DNA of 45,797 bases, filler included, from Catajapyx aquilonaris (Eukaryota): NCBI GenBank assembly GCA_000934665.2. It is 2 parts of 2 records of this genome, joined end to end, with 100 filler letters (N's around TTAATTAATTAA, not from the genome) between each part and the next. Parts side by side here need not be neighbours in the genome. Positions count along the whole stretch, not along the records: positions 1 to 22,829 come from JYFJ02005801.1; 1 more part is not named here. One strand, 5' to 3'. Numbering within the stretch: position 1 is the stretch's first letter; each line of letters starts with the position of its first letter. This document shows, piece by piece, positions 11,694-22,929 of this stretch. Under the pieces are notes generated by a model. That model was not told the DNA's origin and searched no databases. It saw only the letters and a list, made by a program, of their open reading frames with translations. The translations under genes and the position numbers were made by a program.

Positions 11694-12761
11694 GAAGGAC
11701 ACCTGAAAAACCAGTGCTCATGATACTGGATAATCATGACTCACATCTATCAATTGATGTTATTGACTATTGCAAGTCTCAGGACATAGTCATGCTGTCC
11801 CTCCCGCCACATTGCTCTCATAAATTGCAGCCCCTGGACAGAGGTGTATTTGGACCTCTCAAAAAGTTCGTTAACACATCCTGCGATTCCTGTATGAGAC
11901 GAAACCCAGGGAGAGCAATGAGCATTTACGATATCCCGAGTATTTTGAAGGATGTTTTTCCACTTGCTGTAACACCAAGAAATGTTCAGAGTGGTTTTGC
12001 TGTGTCTGGAATCTGTCCATTCAACCCGCTAATTTTTACTGACAGTGACTTCATGCCGTCATCTGTGACTGATCGACCACCACCTGCAGCACCATCTGAG
12101 AATTCTGGGGAACCAATGCCGTCTTCATCTACGGATGCTCCATCATCGATGACCAATGGGCCGTCTACGCGTAATCTGGATGACATTCAAGATGCTAGTA
12201 GGATGCATATTAGCCCAGATATGGTGCGTCCCCATCCGAAGGCAGGACCGAGAAAGGGGAAAGCACAGAACAGAAGAAAAAGAACTACTGCCATCCTGAC
12301 AGACACACCTGTCAAAGAAGCACTAGCAGTACAACATGCTGCAGCAAAAAAGCGCCGTTTGACTTTTGATCAAGGTAAGCCTAAATCCAAGAAGTATAGG
12401 CCTACAGAAAAGGCCAAGAAGACAGCAAACATCCCAACCAAAAATAGGACTCGGAAAACTTTGAACAGTGATGCTGTCACCAGTTCCGAAGAGGAGGAAG
12501 AATGTTTTTGTTTAGTGTGTGGTGAATCTTTTGCTGCTTCACAGCCACGTGAAAAGTGGGTACAGTGCCTTACGTGCAAGATGTGGTCGCATCTTCTGTG
12601 CACGGAAGGAAAAGCTACTTACATCTGCCAAAATTGTGACTCTGACGATGACCTACGATGAGAGAGTATTGATGATTACATTTATACCACATTTCGCCAG
12701 GATCGTTTTCAGCAAAAAATTCTGAAGTGAAATCTGTAACAACTATCCCCGCTCTCCCCTA
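11694..12761 (+). mobile_element. pogo/Fot-like (DD35D) transposase 3' half with a C-terminal PHD finger and a probable right terminus
   Basis: ILDNHDSH...LPPHCSHKLQPLD with 35 residues between the two Asp; CLVC...WVQCLTCKMWSHLLC...YICQNC; stop at 12661; terminal-like CCCCGCTCTCCCCTA at ~12747-12761. Confidence 0.88.
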
Positions 12762-12983
12762 CCATTATTAATTACTTTCATTCATATTGACAGGAAAAAG
12801 TTATGGTAGGTCTTCAAAGTTTGAAGCTGCAATGACCTTATCTCAGCTTCAATTTTTTATGTATAAACTTATGTTATTGTTCCCCCAAGCCCTTCAAATT
12901 TTATATTCATACATCATCATCATCATAATCATCATGTATTGCGACTAAATTGAGATCTTATCCATGTGTCATGCTTAACACAG

Positions 12984-13275
12984 GTTCATATTCCGCAAGG
13001 TGTGGTGCTGTCACCATGCAAAAAAGAAAAAAATACCTGCAAGCAAACGAAATACTTATTGTGAAGCTACCCTAGATGTAAAGATTAAAAAGTGCAATAG
13101 GGATACAAAGCGAAATGATCCATACCTCAGGAGGGATCCACCTCTTCAAGGAGAGAGAAAAATAAAGAGGCATAACCATCCTCTGGACACTTGCGGCGCC
13201 CTGCAATACTTGCGTGTCACAGATTCAACTAAGTCTCTCTTTCACGAGTACTTCAACAGTGGATTGGGCCCAGCT
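12984..13275 (+). mobile_element. Mutator/MULE-like transposase N-terminal fragment
   Basis: Acceptor cacag at 12983; W.CHH...NT.CEATL...HNHPL...AL..LRV..TK..F..YF..GLGP, a WRKY/GCM1-like C-x-H...C...HNH pattern. Confidence 0.6.
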
Positions 13276-13278
13276 ACC

Positions 13279-13423
13279 ATGAAACGGTACATCATGGAGG
13301 CATTCCACGAATCGATCTTTGCGCCCCACTTCGCAGAAAAGAAAACTTTGGAAAGGATCAGGAGACAGTATTTCTGGCCTAACCAGAAAAAGGACAGAGA
13401 ATTTCTGCAGGTCGTGCCAGCTT
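13279..13423 (+). mobile_element. Gypsy integrase HHCC zinc-binding fragment
   Basis: FHESIFAPHFAEKKTLERIRRQYFWP..KKD, then ENFCRSCQL in a shifted frame. Confidence 0.82.
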
Positions 13424-14048
13424 GTAAGTTTAATGAGATATGCTTGTATTAACCAATTCCCGGGCATTCATTCATGCCTATCGATAGTTGCTTTGGCAAG
13501 ATTGCGCAGTTGCGGAAGAAGAAAAACTATCACTGTACCATCAACATCGGTGAATATGATTCGATAATGCAGTTGCGAAGAAGTTTGTGGTCGTTTATGT
13601 GAAACATCCAGTCACAATGGAAGATGGTTGTCCTGTTATTCCCGGAGGGGCAACCTTGTGGTCAGCGGGATCCCGGAAGAGGCGGAGGGGACATGGGCAA
13701 GGACAGAGGAGTTGCTGAAAGAGATGGTGAGCAAGAGGGTGAGCCTGACTTTGCGGTCAATCTCCCGCGCACACCGAGTGGGGTCGAAGAGGGAGGGGGG
13801 GGACCGCAAGGTAGTGGTCAAATTTGACGCGGGGAATGAGAGGGAGGCCATGCTGAAGGAGAAGGTGAAAATGAAGAGCAGCACCATATACATAAACTAC
13901 TCATTGGCGACCCGGGAGGTGCGCAGGTAGCTCTTCCGGGTGGCACGAGACTGGCGAGCCTCTGGAACCCCCAACACTGTCCGGTGGACAAGCTGGTGGC
14001 CGGGGGGAAGTGGTATGTGTGGGGCGAGGAGAAGCACGAGGCAGTGCT
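13416..14048 (+). repeat. Direct duplicate of 8623-9265 (Sola1 piece plus ORF1 copy C)
   Basis: Colinear high identity across the same chimeric junction GAAGATGGTTGTCCTGTTATTCCCGGAGG. Confidence 0.95.
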
Positions 14049-14589
14049 CAATTTTTTTCTAAATGCAGGTTGCAAAATTATTGGGTGCCGATGTGGCTTG
14101 AATAGGTTTGGGTGATCCAGTCACCCCAGAAAAATTCACTGTAGTATCCGCCCACCATTCACGCGTCTGTTAAGAAGATACCAAGATGGCCGACCCTGAC
14201 CCAAGATGGCTGAACACCCCCACAAGATGGTGGACGGAAGGAAGGAGGGAACCACGCTACCTTGATTGACCACCCCTAGCGAACTGAGGCTCAAGTTGAA
14301 CCCAGACAGCATTCCTGTTGAAGTGGGCTACACCAGACGGATTGCTGGCCGTCGGGAAACCAGAGTATTGTGTGTAAGATGTGGTGGTTGAGAAGTTCTC
14401 AGGTGTAAACTTCACTGATTTTTAAATAATTGATGTAATTGTATTGGAAATTTATTGGCTTAATAATAACTTGGTTTTGAAAAGAGCAAACTTGTCGACT
14501 ACATTTCTTCCAACCCTGCATCACTCTTGTCACAACTTTGGTAGGAGGCCACTGGGGACTCTCGACTGTTGTGTGTTTGGTTGTTTGTC

Positions 14590-15595
14590 CCTTGCCTACC
14601 ACAAGAGGCTGTATGTGGACTTCTTCCAAGGTATTGACGATAGGGACATGATACAGCTCCAGTTGACACGTGGAGAGGGACAGTGTATCATACATCCTAG
14701 AAGGGACTCGCAGCTTGATGCCAATGCGATCCTCCTGCAGGTTGAAACTGCTGCACAATCACAGAGAGGTTCCGATGTAATTTCTCCAAGTGACGGGGTT
14801 TTGCACATTCATGTCATCCTTATTTCATCAATGTCTGGGGCTGGTCATACGAAGTACAAATTGTTTAAGAATACCGGTATGAAATTTGAGGAGGTGCAGG
14901 TCATTTGTCTATATCGAAAACAATGATAAATAATCTATGCATACACAAGGCACTTGTCGTGACCAAAGGCCTATTTTGTGAAGGTTTTTGCACAACATGC
15001 CAAAATTCTCCCAGTTGTTCTGGTGCCCCTGACAAATTCGCACTGCAAAACTTGTGCGCGGGATATTCACGGGAAAGAGTGCTTTGAGCGCCACATTAGG
15101 GCTGGCGCTACCTCTCGATCTGTGTGAATAACTCTTCTGCTGTAAAAAAAAAAAAATGTTCCTCACTAGTAGACATGAGAAAGAGAGGTTCCAAAGCTAA
15201 GTACGTGTGTGGGGAGAGGTACTGTAAGGTATGTAAAAAGATGGTAAGAGGTGGTCATCAATGATTTCAATGTTACATACAACCATGCACTACACCTGAC
15301 CATCTTGAGAAATACTTGCCGAAGCATCTGCAGTGAGTAGAGGAGCTTCAGTCTAAGAAGCGTAAAGTAGAGAAAAAAAGAGGTTGACTTCGTGTATATA
15401 TTTTTCGATATAAAGACCACGCAGGACCGAAATCACCCTGACCTCGAACGCACATGGGTTCACAAAGTAAACTTCATAGTTGCACAACAGGTTTGCTCTA
15501 CCTGTGCAGAGGCGATAGATATGCGCTGGTGTCACAAGTGTGGAGTGCGAGAGAATACATTCTGTGGCTCTTCGGCACTGCAAGCATTTGTTCGC
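14590..15595 (+). mobile_element. Maverick/Polinton pPolB N-terminal and exonuclease fragments
   Basis: DMIQL...RRDSQLDANAILLQVETAAQS..LHIHV...GAG; NNLCIHKALVVTK; Cys-rich linker; YIFFDIKTTQ...HKVNFIVAQQVCSTC...CHKCGVRENTFCG (Exo I region). Confidence 0.75.
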
Positions 15596-15889
15596 AACAC
15601 GAAAAGGATTCCACGATAGCTCATGCTGCAACCACGGTCCTCCATCAAAGAGAAGAAGGAGGCAAACATCATTAACCCTTTGAGGTGAGGTGGTCACATG
15701 GTGAAACCTCCTTTTCGATATCATTCACGCATTGCATACATGGCAGAGAGAAGGAAACACGCTCCAGACTTTTGCGTCTTCAATTTACCCTCAACCACAA
15801 CTTTAGCCTGAGAAGGAGGTGGTGGTGGTCATGGAAAAGCTACAGTTACGATGAATGGGGGGGACCTCTATTCAGGTCTCGACTTTGGC

Positions 15890-16214
15890 CAACACAGATG
15901 AAACACCAACGTACAAAGCGTTACCATTCTTTGCACTCTCAGTCCTCAGTTTACCCCATTCGAACGCAGACTGTGAGAGAATTTTCAGTCAAGTCAATCG
16001 CACGAAGACGGATGCTAGGAATTCTCTTCTCACCGAAACTGTTGAGGAGTGCGTTCTGTCGTCGGAGAGGGTTAAGTCGTACCAAGGGTGCTGCTCCCAG
16101 TTTACCCCCACCAAGGAAATGTTGCAGAGGATGACATCATCCACATTGTACCCTAAATGTCAATCTGCGAAGCAGGACGAAACGTCAACAATCAGTGGCC
16201 TTTATGACGAGTGA
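15890..16214 (+). mobile_element. hAT transposase C-terminal fragment, second family
   Basis: YKALPFFALSVLSLPHSNADCERIFSQVNRTKTDARNSL. Confidence 0.9.
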
Positions 16215-18147
16215 CTGAGTGAGAGTGCGGACGAAGATGATAATTAAGCTGGTATCCTCGTGAAAGTTTTCTGATAAATACTGTACACAATTGAGCATAT
16301 ATCAGTGGAAATCGGAGAAAAGGTGATATGTCCACATTTTGCCATTTTTAAGGTGGTATGATGGGAGAGGCAGTGTGCAGTTTAAGGATAGTCATTCAGT
16401 AAAAGTAGATTATTATCAGAGAGGAAAATAATATCAGTAATACATACACTTCCAATAAATGAACAATAACCACCAGTGAGTCTGTTACTAGAGTATGCTA
16501 CATCATTCTTTAATAATATTGCAGTTCCTACTACTTCAGGGGGCAATGCGAACGAAAGTGGAAAGAGTTTTCGAATTCCACCCGGTAGTGTCAGCACAAT
16601 CACAAAGTGTGGCAGTAGTGTTAATGAGTCGACTGCTACTGCTAATGAGACAACTGCACCATTGATGGTATCTGATGAGGGTAACCAAGAGATTGCTTCT
16701 CACAACACAGCATTGGCCGATGGCAGTGGATATGAAGACATGGAGAAGTCAGAAGCAACAATCTATGTTGAATTGATACCTGTGCCGGTGACTCATGACG
16801 ATGAAGGATTTTACAATATGGCTGGTATGGATTACTGAATGTGTGTTCAATGCAAATTTATTGCAAAATGATAATTATTTCTGGTTTTCTGGACTGTATA
16901 CAGTATGTTGTTGAAAATTTATCCCATTCATAATAATTTTTTATATTACTACTTCTCAGATAAACCATCTCACCCTGAGCATGTTGAAGACAGTCTGCTA
17001 TGGTGATGCTCTTGCCAGTATTTGCCATTGCGAACAATGGAAGCCACTAGCAGCTTAGGGTATGACTACCCCGTGCAAGAATCCCCTGGTGGTCGCCACC
17101 ACTACGGGCGAAAAACCGGGCGCCAACCCAAGCGAAAGACGAGTACTCGTGACAGGGGTCAGAGAGAGGCTGATATCAACTGTGAGCATAAACTGATACC
17201 TTGCTGGGAAAAAATCCGAGATGGTCTAGGAACATTGGGAAAACTATTAGAATTTTTGACTGCCACGAGTGACCTATTCAACTTCCTTACTTCCCAGCTG
17301 TGCTCAAACCTTTGCCTAACTTGTCTAAATCAGATTTTCATTTAGAGGCATCATTGCGTGAATATAAAACTACTCGTTCATTAATTCATTCATTGACGCT
17401 GTCAGATTACATTTTTCTCACACACACCTGTCCTCATACTCATTCAACTGTCATTTTTCTCCCAAGAGTTTACTTGCAAGATTTTTTGACTACTTTTTAA
17501 CTGCCATTTCAGCTGGCAATATTCGCAAGAGGGCAGGTAAGCGTGTGTTGCTAATAACTCAAGGACAGTAGGCGTCAGACAGTTCACCAGGTCATGATAC
17601 AACAAGCTATCCTGATCACATTATTGGAGACAGCCACACAAAATCAAGTTCAGCAAGGAGGGCTCAAGGTAGAAATTGCGTCAAATCTTGGCAGAATTGC
17701 CACTGCACTAGATAACCAAGGGAAATAATAATAATTTGCGCGCATTCATTTCCTTCGCTTGATAAACAACAATCCCTTTAGGTATGCTACTGCCTAGGAG
17801 CTCATGAGGTGGGAATTATCTCTGCTGATTAGCACAGTTTAGCACTTCATGATACAAGCTTGCGGTGAGTCCCTGGCGATCATCACACGCTCCCCGCGTG
17901 ATCAACCTCCTGAATTTCTACAAGGTGGAAGATACCCCAGTAACATACGAATTTCACCCCGCCGGATACTTCCTGGCCTCGTGGCTAAGATGAAGAGACA
18001 GGAAATATTGTAGGCTACTTAGTAAAGGTGTGTACATGAGCAAGTGTATTTGCCTTCCACTTGGGCATGTAATAGCTGAAGCTGTAAGTAGCAAGTTGCA
18101 AATGCGAGTGAAGTTGGGGGGACATCTACTTTTGTCATAACCAGCAA

Positions 18148-18230
18148 GTAGGGGTGCAGGGGCCAGTGATAATATGTACTGGCCCAGACTACTATGGTTC
18201 AGTGACTTCAACTCATTCGCCAACAAACAT
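18148..18230 (+). mobile_element. Possible C-terminal end of a MADF domain
   Basis: SRGAGASDNMYWPRLLWFSDFNSF resembles the SG.G..D.Y.P...W....FL tail of MADF proteins. Confidence 0.4.
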
Positions 18231-19837
18231 GAGTCCTAATGTAGGCTCCTGCAAGTGAGGCAAAATTCCTGCAGCTTGGGAAAAGCAATATGGTACAGAT
18301 GGCTCATACAATACACATAGATACAGTAGCGGGTACAAAATTTAGTTCATCGCTTGCAAAGCAAATGGTAGCACTGACAACAACACTGACTGAAAACATG
18401 CATTGTTTGTTGCTGTGCTTTTTGTCCCTTATTTCCAGTCTTAGTAATAACAGGGTGTTCGGTCAGTTGTAACAAAAGCCATCAGTAAGGTGCAGTGCCT
18501 CAAAAGGACCCAGATGGATGAGTTCGCCTTGGACACGGTCTTCATAGGCGAGGATTTTGACCAGAACTTCGGATCAAAGCTGCACCTGGGCATCACAGGT
18601 TGTGGATGGTACGTCTCAGGGAAGACGAGGGCCACAGTTGTTGTTGGTTTATGAAGCCTTAATGCTTAATCAGAGCGTTGTCCCCGCCAGTACCCCGCAA
18701 GGGATCTCTTGATGGTTAGGGGATTGAAGCCCACATCCCACCCCATTGTCCCCAAGGCCTCTTATCTTTATGCTGCCCCTCCAAGTACTTTCAATCAATC
18801 CTCCAGTAGATCTTTTTTGGCTCACGTTCCTGTGACATCACTTGATGCTGGATATGTCCACCTTTCGGCACATTCTTCATGAATGACAACTTGGACCCGA
18901 ACTCCGGATCAAAGCTGCACCTGGTCATCACAGGTCACACACGGTATGTCTTTGGGAAGAAGAGGGCCACAGTCTCATCTGGCTCTCATGGTGCTGACAT
19001 TAAACCAAGCGCCAAAGAGCCAAAATAGGGTATCACTGGAGAGCAACAAGACATCAACCATTTGCTGGAGTATTGCACAGTAGAGAGACTAGGGACGATG
19101 ACGATACATGGAGAGGGTGGCAGGACTGGCATTCCTTTCCAATATAAAGGTGGTGGTGCATCGCAAACCTCATTGTGTATGCCTGTAAAGAAATGGATAG
19201 GTATGAGAAGAAGTACTAGTGATGTGTGCCATGTTATGTGCATCAGTCATGTAAATTAATCTACACAGTGTCTACAACTTGAACACATACATGGGGGACA
19301 GTACCAAACACATCTACAACAGAGGTTGATTCCACATCTGACATCCTTTTTATGTTCCATTTAATTTTTGTCTGTGCAGCAACATGAGAGTGATGGCAGT
19401 TAGGTTTCGGTAATGTGCTATGTGACTGACAGGGAATAAATTTGTCATGCAACTAAGACAAAATGTTTCAGGTTGACCTGACCAACACGAACCCATGGGA
19501 GACTTCACCAGAACACATTTGCCTTCTCACTAGTAAGTTACAACACCTCTCAGCCATATAAGACAGCAAGTCCTGTATTTCAGTCTTGGAATAAATGTAG
19601 AATAAGAAGCACCCTAGAGGAGCATAATGTGGGAGTCAAGCAAAATATCAGATTTCTTGTGAGGGGCACACACCTTGGGTTTATCAGTCAGAGAATGACA
19701 GGCATTTTGTATACAAATTATTATTTTTACAATATACAACATGACTATTCAAAGCAACATTTTTAAAATGTTCCCAGTTTTGAAAAGATATTCCAGCTCC
19801 ATGTGCCCATTGCAGTAAAAATTGAAAATAAATCATA

Positions 19838-20588
19838 CAAGGGCAGAACAAATGAAACCCGAATATGTTGTCTGGACCCGATACTACTTAAGCATGGGTT
19901 TAAAACTGCCTGCACAGGAAGATGGTATCGATACCTCCTATTGGCATGAGTCAGAATCTTCGAGCGCATACCACGCCCACAGCCACAGGCATTCCCAGAC
20001 GACGTGCTCCCTATCTCACATGTTTAAGAAGGATAAATGCATTGTTGTTCCATTTTTGCTGGCGTAAGGCAATACACCGGAGCAAATTTATCGAAGGATG
20101 CTTCTCGTATACAGCAGTAATTGCATGGGAAAGACAACCGTATGGGAATGGTTCAGGACATTCCGAAATGGCAGAGAATCCACGGACGTCCTTCCCCGAC
20201 TAGGCCAGCCTCGCGTGCAAGCAACAAGCTGATAAGGGAGGATCGTCTGCGGATTTTCTGCCATTTTGGAATTTCCTGAACCATTCCCATACGGTTGTCT
20301 TTCCCATGCAGTTGCTGCCGTATACGGGAAGCATCCTCGTATAAATTTGCTCCTGTGTATTGCCTTCGGCCAACAAATATTGAACGACAATGCATTGATC
20401 CCTCTTGGACATGAGATATGGAGCACGCCATCTTGGAATGGCTGTGGCTGTGGTATGCGCTCGAATATTCTGACTCATGCCAATAGGAGGTATAAATACC
20501 ATCTTCCTGTGCTGGTAGTTTCAAACCCATGCCTTATGTAGTATACGGTCCAGACAACATATTCGGGTTTCATTTGATCCGTATCTCA
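19838..20588. mobile_element. Foldback mariner derivative made of two inverted 5' halves
   Basis: ~350-bp diverged inverted arms; both encode the mariner HTH (QCIVVQYLLAEG..QIYTRM..VYGSNCMGKTTVWEWFRKFQNGR); TA at the left end. Confidence 0.88.
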
Positions 20589-20960
20589 TGTTGTCAAATG
20601 AGAATTCGCAAAGGTAACATCACATGTGGGAAGGTCTGCTCTACTTGCTCATATCCACTGTGTGTGTGTGTCACAGGGGTCAAAATATTTGGATGTAAAG
20701 GTGCAATCTGCACTGCAAACAGAGCCTTGGAGTGCAAATCTTGGGACTCCCGTTTGTCCTGCTTTGTTGACATAATTAAGCATTACAAGTAATTTGCATT
20801 TCAGATAATGTCTGGAATGCAAATTTCGCCCCGGGACAAATCGAAATCTTTAAGATTCGACCCCTGGTGACCATTTGCATAAACTCTGGACATGGCCACA
20901 AAATGCAACTTAATGAAAGCTGACACTGATTTTGATCTGCCACAAATGGGCCCACAAATA

Positions 20961-21450
20961 CAGGGTGTATCAGAAGTCAGTACCTATTTTTATTTCCGAA
21001 AATCTTTCCGAGTACACCTACAGAAGTGAAACATGATTCACAATGTGCGGGAATTCATGGGATTTTAGCTGGGTGACACCTTGCTACTGCAGCACTGCTG
21101 GCAAGCGCAGCTTGACACTTCGTCCGTGGTGCTGCTGTTAGTGAGGGCAGCTTTGATCAAAATGTCGGACCACCTGTCTGTGATGTCACAGGCCAGCCTC
21201 GGAACACCCCTACCCCATTCTTATGTCACAGGTAGGTGGTCAGACATATTGTTCAAAGCTGCCCCCGCTAGGAGTGCCACCACAGAAGAAGTGTTAAGCT
21301 GTGCTCGTTAGCAGTGCTGCAGTAGCAAGGTGTTACCCAGCTAAAATCCCACGAATTCCCGCCCATTTCAAATCATGTTTCACTTCCGTAGGTGTACTCG
21401 CTGGAAAGATATTAGGAAATAAAAATAGGTACCGACTTCTGATCACCTGG
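20961..21450. mobile_element. Tc1/mariner-type MITE with ~160-bp TIRs
   Basis: TA-CAGGGTGTATCAGAAGTC...GACTTCTGATCACCTGG-TA; long imperfect arms. Confidence 0.88.
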
Positions 21451-22829
21451 TATGTTGATGCAGGAGTTTCTAATGGTAAAAATTATACATGCCCGAACTA
21501 TTCCTCTAGCAATATTATTTTGAATAACTAAAAATTATGATTGTAGCATCAAAAATGACAAGCAATATTGGAAGAATTATGATACATAGAGCAAGAAAAA
21601 AAATATATTCTTGGCACAGACTCTAATTATTTTCCTTTTTGCATAATGGGTACAGGAAAAACAACGCAATAACAATCCATGCTAGATAGATGTAGAACAC
21701 AATCTGTAGGCTACATGCTGAAATTAAATCTCATTAACTATCTCACCTGCAGAAACAACCTGCTGTGGAATAAGCAATGGAAGTGTGCCTGCTGCATTGC
21801 CATCGCATCGTGCAGTAGGCTCACTGAAGAGCAAAACGTGGTCTTGAAGAAACTTCGCTGGTGACATGGTCCTGGAAATGTACCCAAAATTAGATGCTGA
21901 ACATGTACAAACACAATGTTCTAAAAATTATGCATGGCAAATGAAACGAGTTTGGAACCCGTTATCAAGTGCCATTTCACCCGCTGCGAACATACTCACA
22001 TTCCTAGTAACACTGCATTTGCTAAATTTTTTCTGGTAAAAATGTCTTGAGTTTTTTTTAAGCAAATGGCCAGAAACTAGCTGTTCTCACAATAAATTTC
22101 AAGTCGGAGACTCTCTCCTTTTTTCCCCTAAACATTTTTAAAAAATACAGAATTTTGTACAAATGTTTCAGGCGGAAATTTGGCATAAGAACATAACCAG
22201 TTCCCAGCAGTTTGTGGGGGCGGGGTAGGGGTACTGACTTGCTAACTCTTTTCCTTTCAGCAAAAAAAGTTTCCCTGAAATTGTGACTTTTCAATAAGTC
22301 ATCCAAGAATTAGGGCCGTAATGTCTCCTTTTAGGATTGAATTTAGTAAAAATTGTCTTGTAATATTTTAGCCCTGTTTTCTCCAGGGTTCGAAATTAAC
22401 CGGTCGCCAGTCGCATTTCGCGACTTTAGGTTATCCATTGGCGACTGAATAAAGATGGCTAGTCGCCACTTTGGCGACTAGCTTTCCCTCCCAATACTGT
22501 ATTATTTTCTGCCTCGCATTTTCAATTTAGTTCCTGCAGTGCTGATTCTGTTGGTGGCTCATTATCACGAAGCGCGCCTGGTATTTATTGGGGTCCTCAC
22601 TCCGGGGGTCAAGTTCAAGTTCCAAGTTGGGGTACATAAGGTGGCAGGATAGCAGGAAGGACTCGGCTACGCGGAGTCACAGCCAGATGTAGAGGAGGGG
22701 AAAGCGGGGCAGGATGGACCTAATTAGGAGGAGGGTGGAGGGAACAGGGAAGGTGTGGTGAAGAAGGTCCAAGTTCGATGACCGGTATAAGTCATGCGTG
22801 CATTGAGGCCTTGAGGGTTGAGGGGGAGG

Positions 22830-22929
22830 NNNNNNNNNNNNNNNNNNNNNNNNNNNNNNNNNNNNNNNNNNNNTTAATTAATTAANNNNNNNNNNNNNNN
22901 NNNNNNNNNNNNNNNNNNNNNNNNNNNNN
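22830..22929. other. Assembly gap with artificial linker
   Basis: 44 N + TTAATTAATTAA (stop codons in all six frames) + 44 N, exactly 100 bp. Confidence 0.95.

Noticed and set aside
13000..13452. 150-aa ORF as a novel fusion gene
   Set aside because: In-frame run across MULE, Gypsy integrase and Sola1 fragments with an internal frameshift relative to the integrase; most likely chance.
22385..22829. hAT-like terminus CAGGGTTCGAAATT and a possible LINE 3' piece
   Set aside because: Truncated by the gap; no partner end or diagnostic motif to support a call.
22874..22885. TTAATTAATTAA palindrome inside the N run
   Set aside because: Symmetric 44N-12-44N layout and six-frame stops identify it as an assembly linker.
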